The notes: a model not told the origin generated them from the sequence alone. A stretch of DNA of 64,000 nucleotides from an uncultured Candidatus Saccharibacteria bacterium (GCA_964390945.1 CAYMIV010000002.1:1784-65783), one strand, 5' to 3'. Shown: positions 1 through 9,520, counted from the stretch's first letter. Translations and numbers: made by a program.

Positions 1-98
1 ATGAAGAAACTTGAGAGCATCACGTAAGGCGAGTTGCTCTCGCGCTTCAGCCGCAGAGTTTTATTGTGGATTACGCAATTTCGAAGAGTGCCTTATAA

Positions 99-608
99 TT
101 GTTTTGTTCATTACAAATCACTAATTACACACAAAAAATGTACTCTTTCATTAGAACTCGCTTGGTGTTTTCACTTTTTGCGATTGTTTCGATAGTTTTT
201 TTCCTCGTTATTTTTCCAGCAATTTCAAGTGCGACAGAGACGAACTCGTCGCTTGGGCGCAGTGCCCGAGTTGACGCCACCTGCATGCAAACTGCGGTCG
301 GTACTCGCGAAGAAAGTCTTCTTACCGCGTGGGAAGAATATACGAGTGACATAACATCTGCGCTTAAACAGCGAAAGAGTGCGCTCTATGACGCGTGGGG
401 TGTTTCTGAAATTAAAGACCGAAACGCGGCGATTAAGAGCGCGTGGAAGTCGTGGAAAGAATCGTCGAGAAGTGCTCATGTACAACTGAAAAAAGACCGA
501 AAGGCCGCCTGGGAAACTTTCAAAAAAACGGTGAGAACGAGTTGTAAAATCAGTACCCCGAAGGATGAGAGTCTTGGAAAAGACAGTTCAGGAACAATCT
601 CTCTTTAA
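99..608 (+). CDS. hypothetical secreted/membrane-anchored protein
   Basis: ORF with an N-terminal hydrophobic segment (FSLFAIVSIVFFLVIFPAISSA) and a terminator hairpin just downstream; no recognisable domain. Confidence 0.4.
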   Translation: MFCSLQITNYTQKMYSFIRTRLVFSLFAIVSIVFFLVIFPAISSATETNSSLGRSARVDATCMQTAVGTREESLLTAWEEYTSDITSALKQRKSALYDAWGVSEIKDRNAAIKSAWKSWKESSRSAHVQLKKDRKAAWETFKKTVRTSCKISTPKDESLGKDSSGTISL

Positions 609-621
609 TCAAACCCGCATA

Positions 622-656
622 AAACCCGCCCCGAAATATCATGGGGGCGGGTTTTA
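622..656 (+). terminator. rho-independent terminator-like hairpin
   Basis: aaacccgcccc/ggggcgggttt stem followed by T residues. Confidence 0.6.
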
Positions 657-814
657 ACAACTCCACGTGTTGCTATCGAGAACGCGGGCCTGACCGTTCC
701 TTGACTAGCGCAAAAAAGCATTTTGTGGTACTATTCCGCGCATACTCGTCCTGTTAGGAATTCTTCGGAAAATAATGGGGCACAATATCAGGTATTAGTT
801 AAATTTCTAATAGA

Positions 815-1579
815 ATGGAAAAACAACACACTTCCCCGCGCAACTACCTTGTCCCCATGGTCATAGAAAAGACCCAGGGTGGCGAGCGCGCATTTGATAT
901 CTATTCACGACTTCTCAAAGAGCGCATCATTTTCGTAACCGGAGGCATTGATGACGAGATGGCAAACCTCGTCGTCGCACAACTCCTCTTCCTCGAGGCG
1001 GAAGACCCAAAAAAAGACATCTACATGTACATCAACTCTCCTGGCGGCTCGGTAAGCGCGGGACTCGGTATCGTCGACACGATGAATCACATCAAGCCTG
1101 ATGTGGCGACCGTGTGTGTCGGAATGGCAGCATCAATGGGTTCCATCATTCTTTCGCAGGGTGCGAGGGGGAAACGTGCGGTGCTTCCAAACGCAGAGGT
1201 AATGATCCACCAGCCATGGGGTGGGGCGCAGGGGCAAGCAACCGACATCGAAATTACTGCGCGACACATTCTCCGTACCCGCGAACAACTCAACAAGATG
1301 CTTGCAAAGGCAACGGGAAAACCGCTCTCGCAAATTGAAAAAGATACTGACCGCGACTTCTTCATGACGGCAGAGGAGGCTAAACGGTATGGAATAGTAG
1401 ATGATATTTTGAAAGAATTAGAACACTCACTTGAAACCCCCGCGCGGCGAAGCCGCGCGGGGGTTTTGTTTTTCATTTTTTACTTTTCCTTTTTTATTTT
1501 CTGTATTCTCTATTTTTCGTCCTCATACTCATACTTCTCCCCCATAATTCACCACGCTCTCAAAATTCGACACTCGTGA
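815..1579 (+). CDS. clpP: ATP-dependent Clp protease proteolytic subunit; the annotated ORF lacks a stop before the terminator and reads through it
   Basis: Full-length match to the ClpP fold with the catalytic region GGxxSAG...MIHQP. Homology ends near residue ~203 (codon TCA at 1427-1429); the C-terminal ~46 aa translate the terminator hairpin and a T-rich tract. Confidence 0.88.
   Translation: MEKQHTSPRNYLVPMVIEKTQGGERAFDIYSRLLKERIIFVTGGIDDEMANLVVAQLLFLEAEDPKKDIYMYINSPGGSVSAGLGIVDTMNHIKPDVATVCVGMAASMGSIILSQGARGKRAVLPNAEVMIHQPWGGAQGQATDIEITARHILRTREQLNKMLAKATGKPLSQIEKDTDRDFFMTAEEAKRYGIVDDILKELEHSLETPARRSRAGVLFFIFYFSFFIFCILYFSSSYSYFSPIIHHALKIRHS
1436..1476 (+). terminator. rho-independent terminator
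   Basis: GC-rich perfect hairpin cccccgcgcggcgaagccgcgcggggg followed by ttttgttttt. Confidence 0.75.
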
Positions 1580-1712
1580 AAATCTTTGGTACTCTGATGA
1601 TGTCGATTATTGATTAGTGTTGTACCGTACGGCTCTGCACGCATTTCAGACACGCAGAATTCCTTCGACCTTCCGTTGTTTTATGTAGTGCACAGGCCGT
1701 ATACGAACAAGT

Positions 1713-3239
1713 ATGCCCACACAAGTTATTGTCGCGCTCTTATGCGCGGGCTTCGGTGGCATCGCTTTAGGATACTATCTTCGCTATGTTCATGCGCTCA
1801 GCAAGAAAGAATCACTCGAACTTTCCATTAAGGAGAGGGTGATTGAAGCCGAGGAAAAGGCAATCAAAATAGTGGAGAAGGCCGAAGCGAAAGCTGAAGC
1901 GCTCGAAAAGGAGATTAGGCAGGGACTCAAAGAGCAGGAGGAAAAATTGAATAAAACCGAAGAGCGACTCGTAAAAAAGGAGGAGCTTCTCGACAAACGC
2001 CAAATGGATGTTGATTCTGAGGTTGAGGCTGTGCGTCAAAAAATTGACCAGGTGAAGGAAATTAGGGCACAACTCGATGCTCGAAAGGAAGAAATAGATA
2101 CAAAAATAGAGGCGGTCGCACGCCTTACGCAAGAAGAGGCCTACGAACAGGTCGTTTCGAGCATGGAGAAGCGGTATGAGCAGGACATCATGAAGCGTAT
2201 ACAAAAAATGAGTATACGGGGTGACGAGCAGTACGATGAAAAAGCGCGTGAAATTATCACCTCTGCGATTCATCGCATTGGAAATTCTCTCCGCGTCGAC
2301 ATTATGAGTTCGACCATTGAACTTCCAAACGAGGAGATTAAGGGGAAAATCATTGGAAAAGAGGGACGTAATGTGCGCGCGTTTGAGCGTGCAACTGGCG
2401 TTGATGTGCTTATAGACGAAACGCCGGGTCACATAACCCTTTCTTCGTTTGACCCGGTTCGCCGCGAGATAGCTCGCGTCGCGCTTGAAATGCTTCTTTC
2501 AGACGGTCGTATTCAGCCGGCAAAAATTGAAGAGGTTGTTGAAAAAGCACGAAAAGAAGTTGGCACGATTGTAAAAAAGATGGGTGAAAAAGCCGCATAT
2601 GAAGCCGGCGTCACCAATCTGCACCCCGACCTTATGAAAATTCTCGGTCGTCTCCATTTTCGAACGAGTTATGGGCAAAATGTGCTCTGGCATTCTGTTG
2701 AAATGGCGCACATTGCCGCAATCATTGCAGAGGAGGTTGGCGCAGATGTCGCAATTGCACGAGCCGGCGCACTTCTCCACGATATCGGAAAAACCGTGAG
2801 TCAAGAGGTGCAGGGTACGCACGTTGAAATCGGTATCCGCATCCTCCAGAAGTACAATGTCGATGAGCGGGTTATTCTCGCAATGCGTGCACATCATGAG
2901 GAATATCCTTACGAAACTCCCGAGGCAATCATTGTGCAGGTTGCTGACGCAATTTCGGGCGGTCGTCCGGGTGCGCGACGTGATTCAATTGAAAACTACA
3001 TAAAGAGGCTCGCGGAGCTCGAAGAGATTGCCACATCAATGCCTGGCGTTGAAAAAGCGTTTGCTATTCAGGCTGGTCGCGAGGTGCGCGTAATCGTGAA
3101 CCCTGAACAAATCACCGATATCGAAGCGCACAATCTAGCACGCAGTATAGCCACGGATATTGAAGAGAAACTTCGTTATCCTGGAGAAATCAAAGTAAAC
3201 GTCATTCGAGAATCGCGCGCGATTGAATACGCTAAATAG
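1713..3239 (+). CDS. rny: ribonuclease Y
   Basis: N-terminal TM helix, coiled-coil, KH domain (GKIIGKEGRNVRAFE) and HD domain (LLHDIGK...HHE); 508 aa. Confidence 0.9.
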   Translation: MPTQVIVALLCAGFGGIALGYYLRYVHALSKKESLELSIKERVIEAEEKAIKIVEKAEAKAEALEKEIRQGLKEQEEKLNKTEERLVKKEELLDKRQMDVDSEVEAVRQKIDQVKEIRAQLDARKEEIDTKIEAVARLTQEEAYEQVVSSMEKRYEQDIMKRIQKMSIRGDEQYDEKAREIITSAIHRIGNSLRVDIMSSTIELPNEEIKGKIIGKEGRNVRAFERATGVDVLIDETPGHITLSSFDPVRREIARVALEMLLSDGRIQPAKIEEVVEKARKEVGTIVKKMGEKAAYEAGVTNLHPDLMKILGRLHFRTSYGQNVLWHSVEMAHIAAIIAEEVGADVAIARAGALLHDIGKTVSQEVQGTHVEIGIRILQKYNVDERVILAMRAHHEEYPYETPEAIIVQVADAISGGRPGARRDSIENYIKRLAELEEIATSMPGVEKAFAIQAGREVRVIVNPEQITDIEAHNLARSIATDIEEKLRYPGEIKVNVIRESRAIEYAK

Positions 3240-3250
3240 AAATTTACCCT

Positions 3251-3290
3251 AACACCGAGGCGCACGAAGTGCGCCTCGGTGTTTTCGTTT
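3251..3290 (+). terminator. rho-independent terminator
   Basis: aacaccgaggcgcac-gaag-gtgcgcctcggtgtt followed by ttcgtttt. Confidence 0.75.
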
Positions 3291-3440
3291 TATACTATTA
3301 AAAATAAGAACACAAAAATCTAATGAACGGTAGTATATTGCACAAGATATGGCGTACTATATAATTGTTTGTAGCCATAATCTTGGCACCATGTGCAGCG
3401 CACAAAAATTTACACGCCATAAGTACAATTTATACACAGT

Positions 3441-3713
3441 ATGAATAAGGCAGACATCATCAATAAGGTACACGAGGTCGTCGGTGGCACTCGTGCAGAT
3501 GCTGAACGTGCTGTTGAGACAGCAATCGATTGCATCGTTGACTCACTCAAGAGAGGCAAGGAAGTATCGGTCGCGGGGCTCGGTATTTTCTCGACAAAGA
3601 CTCGTAATTCACGCACAGGTCGCAATCCACGAACCGGCGAGACCATCGAGATTCCGGCGATGCGCGTACCGAAGTTCCGCGCTGCGAAGGCGCTCAAGGA
3701 CGCAGTTAAGTAA
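3441..3713 (+). CDS. hup: HU/IHF-family DNA-binding protein
   Basis: 90 aa with the HU signature (GLGIFSTKTRNSRTGRNPRTGETIEIPA...). Confidence 0.9.
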   Translation: MNKADIINKVHEVVGGTRADAERAVETAIDCIVDSLKRGKEVSVAGLGIFSTKTRNSRTGRNPRTGETIEIPAMRVPKFRAAKALKDAVK

Positions 3714-3725
3714 TAACCTCCTCCT

Positions 3726-3763
3726 AAAATCACCGCGGGCTCACGGCCCGCGGTGATTTTTTC
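3726..3763 (+). terminator. rho-independent terminator
   Basis: aaaatcaccgcgggc-tcac-ggcccgcggtgatttttt. Confidence 0.75.
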
Positions 3764-3909
3764 TCCGTGAGCATTGCGTAAAAAAATTTCATGGTATACT
3801 TATCGTGTAGCGGAGGTATTAATGAGTTTGGTTTCATGTACACCAAATTCACGCTATAGATACAACGTGGGGAACCACGGATATACGTCCGCTATTTCCC
3901 ATCACACAA

Positions 3910-3938
3910 AAAGCCCCTCTCGGGGCTTTTTGTTTTTG
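3910..3938. terminator. bidirectional terminator-like hairpin
   Basis: aaaaagcccctctcggggctttttgttttt lies downstream of the minus-strand gene 3995..4453. Confidence 0.55.
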
Positions 3939-3994
3939 TACTGAAAAATTAAAATCGCGCGTGTGCTTATACAGTACACGCGCGATTGCGCACT

Positions 3995-4453
3995 CTATTT
4001 CCGCCGAAACATGCTGGCAATTGTCTCCTCGATAACAAACACGAGCGGAATGAAGCCAGTGGCGGGAATAAGAAGGAATCGTGACAACCACTTCCAGGGC
4101 GCCGCGCCATAACTTTGAAACGGCGTTGCGAGGTACCCAAAAACGAAGGCGCAGCAAACGAACGTTCCCATTGCAACCCAGTACGTTTCCGGACGCAATA
4201 GATGCATTCGGTCCATGCGTTTTGCAAGAAGCACAACCGCCGCGCCAAACAGTATGATGCCGATCGCGCCAACACCGACAACGAGGAGCGCAATGTTGTC
4301 TGCGTCCCACCAGTCTATCGAACTGCGCTTAAATGTGAGGATTCCGGCGCCGTCACCAGCAAACGCCGCGGCATAGCCGACAGCGAGTGCAAGAATGATG
4401 AAAATAAATCCACGAGCAGGATGGACATCGAATTGTGTCATGTCTTCCTCCAT
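3995..4453 (-). CDS. hypothetical polytopic membrane protein
   Basis: 152 aa with about four hydrophobic helices; no recognisable domain. Confidence 0.45.
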   Translation of the reverse strand: MEEDMTQFDVHPARGFIFIILALAVGYAAAFAGDGAGILTFKRSSIDWWDADNIALLVVGVGAIGIILFGAAVVLLAKRMDRMHLLRPETYWVAMGTFVCCAFVFGYLATPFQSYGAAPWKWLSRFLLIPATGFIPLVFVIEETIASMFRRK

Positions 4454-4745
4454 GAATAGTTCAAGATTGGAGAACTTCTGATTCTAGTGTTACACGATGG
4501 GGTTTTAAGTCAATGTGCATGTGTTGCGTGACAGATTTTCCTTTAGAAAATCGAAGTGCTCTTGTGGCGAAAGGTGTACTGCTCCCGTAGGGAGAATCGA
4601 AACCTGACGGTCACTAAGATTTTCGCCGAATGGCGAATCTCTAAGTGCCGCGGGTCACGCCTCGCGTGTTCGTAAACTCACATCGCTCCGGCGGTTTCGA
4701 TTACCCCACACCGTGCGCAGGCACGGTGTTCCCACCCGCACACAA

Positions 4746-4770
4746 AAAGACCCTTTCGGGTCTTTTTGTC
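4746..4770. terminator. hairpin downstream of the minus-strand tRNA-Gly; also the centre of a longer inverted repeat
   Basis: aaaagaccctttcgggtcttttt; flanking sequences cccacccgcacac / gtgcgggcggggg extend the inverted repeat. Confidence 0.5.
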
Positions 4771-4773
4771 TTG

Positions 4774-4844
4774 TGCGGGCGGGGGTAATCGAAACCCCGA
4801 CTACTGCTTGGAAGGCAGTCGTTTTACCACTAAACCACGCCCGC
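4774..4844 (-). tRNA. tRNA-Gly(UCC)
   Basis: Manual cloverleaf: acceptor GCGGGCG/CGCCCGC, D-arm GTTT-AGTGGTA-AAAC, anticodon stem ACTGC/GCAGT with loop CTTCCAA (anticodon UCC), T-arm GGGGT-TTCGATT-ACCCC, discriminator A; no encoded CCA. Confidence 0.8.
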
Positions 4845-4967
4845 ATGTATTCTTTTGTAAATAATCGAAGTTCTTACAGAACCTGTACACCTTTTGGATA
4901 TTTTACTTCGTTTCCCTCGTAAAATTTCTCAAAAGGTCTTGCGGATTGGGTCCTGTCCCAATCCTCA

Positions 4968-5015
4968 CCCGACTACTGCTTCAGGGCAGTCGTTTTACCA
5001 CTAAACCACGCCCGC
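4968..5015 (-). pseudogene. truncated tRNA-like fragment (paralog of the tRNA-Gly 5' half)
   Basis: About 48 nt nearly identical to the tRNA-Gly acceptor, D-arm and anticodon stem, but with a 6-nt anticodon loop and no T-arm or 3' acceptor strand; followed by the hairpin ggattgggacaggacccaatcc. Confidence 0.5.
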
Positions 5016-5081
5016 GCGAGGTTCGGATGATTCTAACACAGGCGAATTAATGATTAAACCCCATGCTACAATTCTTGTGAC

Positions 5082-6254
5082 ATGATGTTTGTAGAATTAT
5101 TGAATGGCGCACTCGTGAGCGTGCTGGTTGCTTATCTTTCCTTCACAAATGCACTCGCGAATATGGTGATTTCGATTGTCCACGAAACGAGACCGGGGGT
5201 TACTGAAACAATCTCTATCAGTACTATTTCTAATTCTGTATCGCAACCATCGGCTTCTGCCGAACTTCGCGAGTTGAGTTCTCGTCTCGCGCACGCCATA
5301 GAAAACACTGTTCCTCGTGTTTTGCTTGAAAATACGGACTTTCAGCAAGCGGCTCTCGGTGCCGCAGATTTGACTGAAAATTTTTCACCACGTAGTGAAG
5401 TTCCTGTTCGAGAACGTATAGAATCTGCACTTGTAAATGTTTTTTGCCAGTATAAAACCGAACACTATATCCGCACGACAACGGGGACGGGGATTTTCAT
5501 AGACCCAAAGGGGGTTATTTTAACGAACGCGCATGTTGCACAATTTCTACTCCTCAAAGACAGTGATTCAAAAGTTATTGATGCCGGATGCATTATCCGT
5601 GTCGGAAATCCGGCGACGCCTACCTATAGAGCGGAACTTCTCTACATTTCACCGATGTGGATATACCAAAACGCCTCGCTCATTACGGAAGAAAGTCCGC
5701 GAGGCACCGGCGAGCGAGATTACGCGCTCCTTTATGTTTCCGATGCTGTCAATAAAAACTCAATTCCGGAATCATTCCCCTTCTTGTCGGTTGACACGGA
5801 ACTTCTCACTATTTATACGAAGGGTATCGGGGCAATCACCGCCGGATATCCTGCGGAAATCCTACAGCGTGAAGGGGCGCGAGCAAAACTCGTTCCCGTA
5901 GTTGCTTCTACGACCATTGAGGATTTATTCACGTTTGGTAGCAACTATGCGGACGTCATGACCATCAGCGAATCACCGGTTGGCGAACAGGGGGCGTCCG
6001 GGGGACCCATCGCGAGAGATGACGGCTCTGTGATTGGGCTCATTGTAACGAAAGGAGACCAGACGAGCGACGGGTCTCACAGCCTCCGCGCCATCACGCT
6101 CTCCTATATTGATCGCACCATAGAAGAGGAAACGGGTTATAGACTGGCACAAAACATGCGTGGCGACCTCGCCTATCGGAGCGGGGTGTTCAAAAAAGCA
6201 CTGGTTCCATTCCTCGCCAATTTGCTTGCGACTGAAATTTCACACTCGGAATGA
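5082..6254 (+). CDS. trypsin-like (S1/HtrA-type) serine protease, membrane-anchored
   Basis: N-terminal TM; catalytic motifs TNAHV (His), DYALLYV (Asp), GASGGPI (Ser). Confidence 0.7.
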   Translation: MMFVELLNGALVSVLVAYLSFTNALANMVISIVHETRPGVTETISISTISNSVSQPSASAELRELSSRLAHAIENTVPRVLLENTDFQQAALGAADLTENFSPRSEVPVRERIESALVNVFCQYKTEHYIRTTTGTGIFIDPKGVILTNAHVAQFLLLKDSDSKVIDAGCIIRVGNPATPTYRAELLYISPMWIYQNASLITEESPRGTGERDYALLYVSDAVNKNSIPESFPFLSVDTELLTIYTKGIGAITAGYPAEILQREGARAKLVPVVASTTIEDLFTFGSNYADVMTISESPVGEQGASGGPIARDDGSVIGLIVTKGDQTSDGSHSLRAITLSYIDRTIEEETGYRLAQNMRGDLAYRSGVFKKALVPFLANLLATEISHSE

Positions 6255-6260
6255 TTATAG

Positions 6261-6330
6261 AAAAACGCCTGGTTCCGCCCACGTAAGGACCCGTCAGCTT
6301 GCTGCGGGGATAGTGAGGCGGACGTTTTTA
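6261..6330. repeat. 70-bp direct repeat, copy 1 (intergenic)
   Basis: aaaaacgcctggttccgcccacgtaaggacccgtcagcttgctgcggggatagtgagg[c/a]ggacgttttta; second copy 161 bp downstream. Confidence 0.85.
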
Positions 6331-6421
6331 CTCGTTCGTCGCAGAATGCCTCGTGGGCGTGCCCCGAGGATGAATGCGACATAAAATTTTAGTATCGTCG
6401 GTGGACGATACTTCTGCGAGC

Positions 6422-6491
6422 AAAAACGCCTGGTTCCGCCCACGTAAGGACCCGTCAGCTTGCTGCGGGGATAGTGAGGAGGACGTTTTTA
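6422..6491. repeat. 70-bp direct repeat, copy 2 (supplies the last 12 codons and stop of the anti-sigma-like gene)
   Basis: Near-identical to 6261..6330 (1 mismatch); its reverse complement encodes ...KNVLLTIPAAS*. Confidence 0.85.
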
Positions 6492-7852
6492 TTTGTTGCA
6501 CCCTGTATTTCTTCTGTTGGCAGCATGGCGGAGTTCACCTCTTCTTCGGGCACTGCCTCTGTTGTCGTACCTGGTGTTTCGACATCTGCCGGGATGTCGT
6601 TCGGCAGTTGTGATTCAGAGAGTGGGGCGGTCTGCGTGAGTAGGTCAAGATCATGAGCAAGCGCCATTGCCTGCGCAATTGTTGCCTCTGCCCCATCGAT
6701 ATCATTGGCAGCGAAAGAGGTTGTTGCGCTGTTGATAAGCACTGAGAGTTCCGTCATGCCGAGCAAAACCTTTTCTGCAATTTCCACCCCCTCAAGAAGT
6801 GCGAGTCGCCCCGTGATAAGCGTACTTGTCGCAATAAGTGAGTCGAGGTTCATCTTTGCCGATGCGGCACGTTCTTCGATGGTAGGAATGATAGGAACGA
6901 GCGTTTCAAGTGCAACTGATTCACGAACATCGATATCAGTCATGAATACGATGAGTTTCTGAACAAGGCCGAGCGCACCCATAAGTTCTGACACAGCAGC
7001 GGATTCGTCGGTGGTGCGTGTATTTTCCGCTTCGAGAATAAGGCGGTCGATGTCTGCGAGGCGGCGAGTCATGTCGCCCTGCTCTTCTTGCGTAGCAATC
7101 TTTTTTACCACCTCGAGGAGTTCGTAGGCGCGCGTGGTCTCAAGTTCGATACGTGCCGAAAGACCATCATACGAAGGCGCAGTCGGGTCTTGGTTTTCAG
7201 CAACCCGTTCTCGGGCAGTGTTGACCACATCGATGATTTCGGCAACAGCCGCTTGAGATTCTTCTGTTGATCCGGTATCAAGTACCGCAGATTGTACTTC
7301 TAGCGCCGAACCGAGTGTGACCTGGGCAATTGCAGCCTCTTCCGCATTATTCGTCCGGAGCTCGGCGATACCATTCTGTGCGGCATCTGCGTGAATTTTA
7401 ACGGTTTCTGCAAGTTCGGCACTTACCTCTTTTGTGAGTTTTCCTTCTTCCGCAAGAAGTCGTGCCTCCGAAATTCGCCGTTCCATGAGTTTGGTTTCGA
7501 ACACAACTTTTTCATAGGGAGAATTTGCAAACTGGGATTGGATTTCTTCGTTCACACCAGTTTTTACGGCATAGAGAACGTCTCCCGGAACGGATTGTTC
7601 TGCGACAAAGGGAATGATGATGAAGACTATTGACGCGAGGACGCCGGCTGCAATGCGAACCGGGAGCGAATTGAATGGCAATATGAAAAAGTACGGTGAA
7701 TGAATCGATTCGGCGGGTATTGATTCCGCTTTTTTCGGAAGCGGATGATATTCCATATACGACAAAACGCGCTCACGAAGTTCACGCCGTTCAAGCGCCC
7801 GCAATCGGACTTTTTCTGCATATTTTTGTAAATCAGTTTCGAAAGATTTCAT
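6455..7852 (-). CDS. membrane-anchored anti-sigma-like protein (DUF5667-like helical ectodomain)
   Basis: Immediately downstream of the ECF sigma gene; cytoplasmic N-terminus, single TM (IAAGVLASIVFIIIPFV), long helical Ala/Glu-rich extracytoplasmic domain. Confidence 0.5.
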   Translation of the reverse strand: MKSFETDLQKYAEKVRLRALERRELRERVLSYMEYHPLPKKAESIPAESIHSPYFFILPFNSLPVRIAAGVLASIVFIIIPFVAEQSVPGDVLYAVKTGVNEEIQSQFANSPYEKVVFETKLMERRISEARLLAEEGKLTKEVSAELAETVKIHADAAQNGIAELRTNNAEEAAIAQVTLGSALEVQSAVLDTGSTEESQAAVAEIIDVVNTARERVAENQDPTAPSYDGLSARIELETTRAYELLEVVKKIATQEEQGDMTRRLADIDRLILEAENTRTTDESAAVSELMGALGLVQKLIVFMTDIDVRESVALETLVPIIPTIEERAASAKMNLDSLIATSTLITGRLALLEGVEIAEKVLLGMTELSVLINSATTSFAANDIDGAEATIAQAMALAHDLDLLTQTAPLSESQLPNDIPADVETPGTTTEAVPEEEVNSAMLPTEEIQGATNKNVLLTIPAAS

Positions 7853-7855
7853 GGT

Positions 7856-8500
7856 TTATGATTCGCGTTTGTCTCTTGCCTGTTCTTCGTGAAGCTCGAT
7901 GCGTTCCCGAAGAAGTCGGAGCGCTCGATGAATGCGAACGGAAACAACATTTTCCGTCTCCTCAATAAGGTCGCTTATCTCCTTTGGTCCGAGACCGTCA
8001 ACATAACGAAGCACGATGACTTCCCGGTACACATTCGGTAACTCATGAATGAGTTCTGACGCCTTCCGTGCATCAAGTGCGAACGTGAGCTCCTCAATGG
8101 AACCGCTTTTAAGTTCTTCGAAGGAACCTTCGTTTCTTCCCTCTTCAGCCAGAAGCGAGTCAAGCGAAACCTCTTTTCTCCTCCGGTACTCGTCAATGAT
8201 GAGATTGTTGAGCACTTTGTAGAGAAATGGCTTATATGAATCAATTTCGCGCCCGTCGCGCAGATACCCCCACGCCTTAGTGAAGGTGTCGTGAACCAAT
8301 TCTATTGAGCGCTCCCTGTCTGAGAGGCGATAGGCCGCATGACGAAAGAGTGCGTCAGCATATTCATCAAACGCTTTCAAAAAACGCTCCTCCGGACCCT
8401 CCGAAGGATTTTGACCTGTTTTCCTCCTAGCCTTTTTTGGTTGTACGGCCATGTGGAAACCATTATACGTGAAGACGGCTAAATTGCCGACTTCTTTCAT
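7856..8500 (-). CDS. ECF (sigma-70 family) RNA polymerase sigma factor
   Basis: Region 2 (ELVHDTFTKAWGYL) and region 4 (VIVLRYVDGLGPKEISDLIEETENVVSVRIHRALRLLRE) present; an alternative start at 8452 is possible. Confidence 0.8.
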   Translation of the reverse strand: MKEVGNLAVFTYNGFHMAVQPKKARRKTGQNPSEGPEERFLKAFDEYADALFRHAAYRLSDRERSIELVHDTFTKAWGYLRDGREIDSYKPFLYKVLNNLIIDEYRRRKEVSLDSLLAEEGRNEGSFEELKSGSIEELTFALDARKASELIHELPNVYREVIVLRYVDGLGPKEISDLIEETENVVSVRIHRALRLLRERIELHEEQARDKRES

Positions 8501-8518
8501 AGAATTTACTAAAAAGCG

Positions 8519-9442
8519 CTAAATCCAGCGGTTTGTGCGAAAGAAGTACGCGGTGAGTGAAACCGCGGTCACAATAAGGACAATGATGAGCCAGAACGCG
8601 TGAGGATGATTTTGAAGCGGCAAAGTGACATTCATACCAAAAAGTGAGGAAACGAGTGTCGGAATGGTAAGCACGATGGTAAATGCCGTGAGCATACGAA
8701 TGGTGTAATTGAGACTTTGGGTGAGGGTCGCCTCTGCGGCACTCCGAATATTTTGGATAGTCTTAAGGATTGACATCGCCGAATCAACGAGCTGACTTGC
8801 GTCAATGAGAAGGTCTTCGAGTACCTCCCTTTCTTCTGCGAACATGTGGATGTAGTTCCCTTTCGTGAGATGCTGGAGCCATGCATTTGTGGGAACAAGT
8901 GCGGAAATCGTCTCGTTGAGTTCCTGTTCCAAAAAAACAAGGCGCTGCATATCTCGGCCGCGAATACTGCGTACACGTCCGAGGTCGCGATACACCATAC
9001 GGCGAGTTTTCGTGAGTTTTCGCTCAAACGAAACGATGAGTGCTGACATGAAATCGAGGAAAAGTTTTGTTTTTTGAATCGTTGCAAATTCACTCTTCCC
9101 CCCTATAAAGGGCGACAGGAATGGAACGTCTTGTTCTGCAATGGTAATAAGAAATGATTCACCAAGAATGATGAGTATTGGTGCGGTATCTATGTCAAGA
9201 TCGGGAACATCACATGGATAACGAGTAAAAAAATACGAAACACTTCCCCATTGCTCAAAACGAGGAACCTCAAAAAAGTCCTTTATATCCTCAACAATTG
9301 TATGTTCAAGCGCATAAAGGTCGAAAATGCTCTTGAGTTCATTTTCAGTTGGTGCAACAACGTGGGTCCACACACCAGTGCGTGGTGCATCCAGCATTTC
9401 GAGTGCGCTATTCGATTGTGGTTTATAGTAATGGGCAATCAT
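8519..9442 (-). CDS. corA: CorA-family Mg2+/Co2+ transporter
   Basis: 307 aa with two C-terminal TM helices and the GMN signature (LFGMNV). Confidence 0.9.
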   Translation of the reverse strand: MIAHYYKPQSNSALEMLDAPRTGVWTHVVAPTENELKSIFDLYALEHTIVEDIKDFFEVPRFEQWGSVSYFFTRYPCDVPDLDIDTAPILIILGESFLITIAEQDVPFLSPFIGGKSEFATIQKTKLFLDFMSALIVSFERKLTKTRRMVYRDLGRVRSIRGRDMQRLVFLEQELNETISALVPTNAWLQHLTKGNYIHMFAEEREVLEDLLIDASQLVDSAMSILKTIQNIRSAAEATLTQSLNYTIRMLTAFTIVLTIPTLVSSLFGMNVTLPLQNHPHAFWLIIVLIVTAVSLTAYFFRTNRWI

Positions 9443-9493
9443 AATTAAACACTAGTCCCCCGCCAAGGTCGGGCCATTGGTTTTGCGAGGTTA

Positions 9494-9520
9494 ATATTTG
9501 GTGTTTGTCGGGGAGCCGGG
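9494..9520. repeat. partial duplicate of the tRNA-Pro 3' end plus downstream flank (direct repeat with 9648..9676)
   Basis: atatttggtgtttgtcggggagccggg versus atatttttggtgtttgtcggggagccggg at the real tRNA. Confidence 0.8.

Noticed and set aside
4540-4740. A possible additional complete tRNA containing the ggtttcgattacccc and gggagaatcgaaac T-loop-like motifs
   Set aside because: T-loop-like heptamers are present but no matching T-stem, acceptor or anticodon arms can be paired, so they were treated as tRNA-derived fragments.
4774-4844. First read the anticodon loop as containing CCA (tRNA-Trp)
   Set aside because: Numbering from the ACTGC/GCAGT anticodon stem puts positions 34-36 at UCC. 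With U33 and A37 in place, the gene is tRNA-Gly(UCC).
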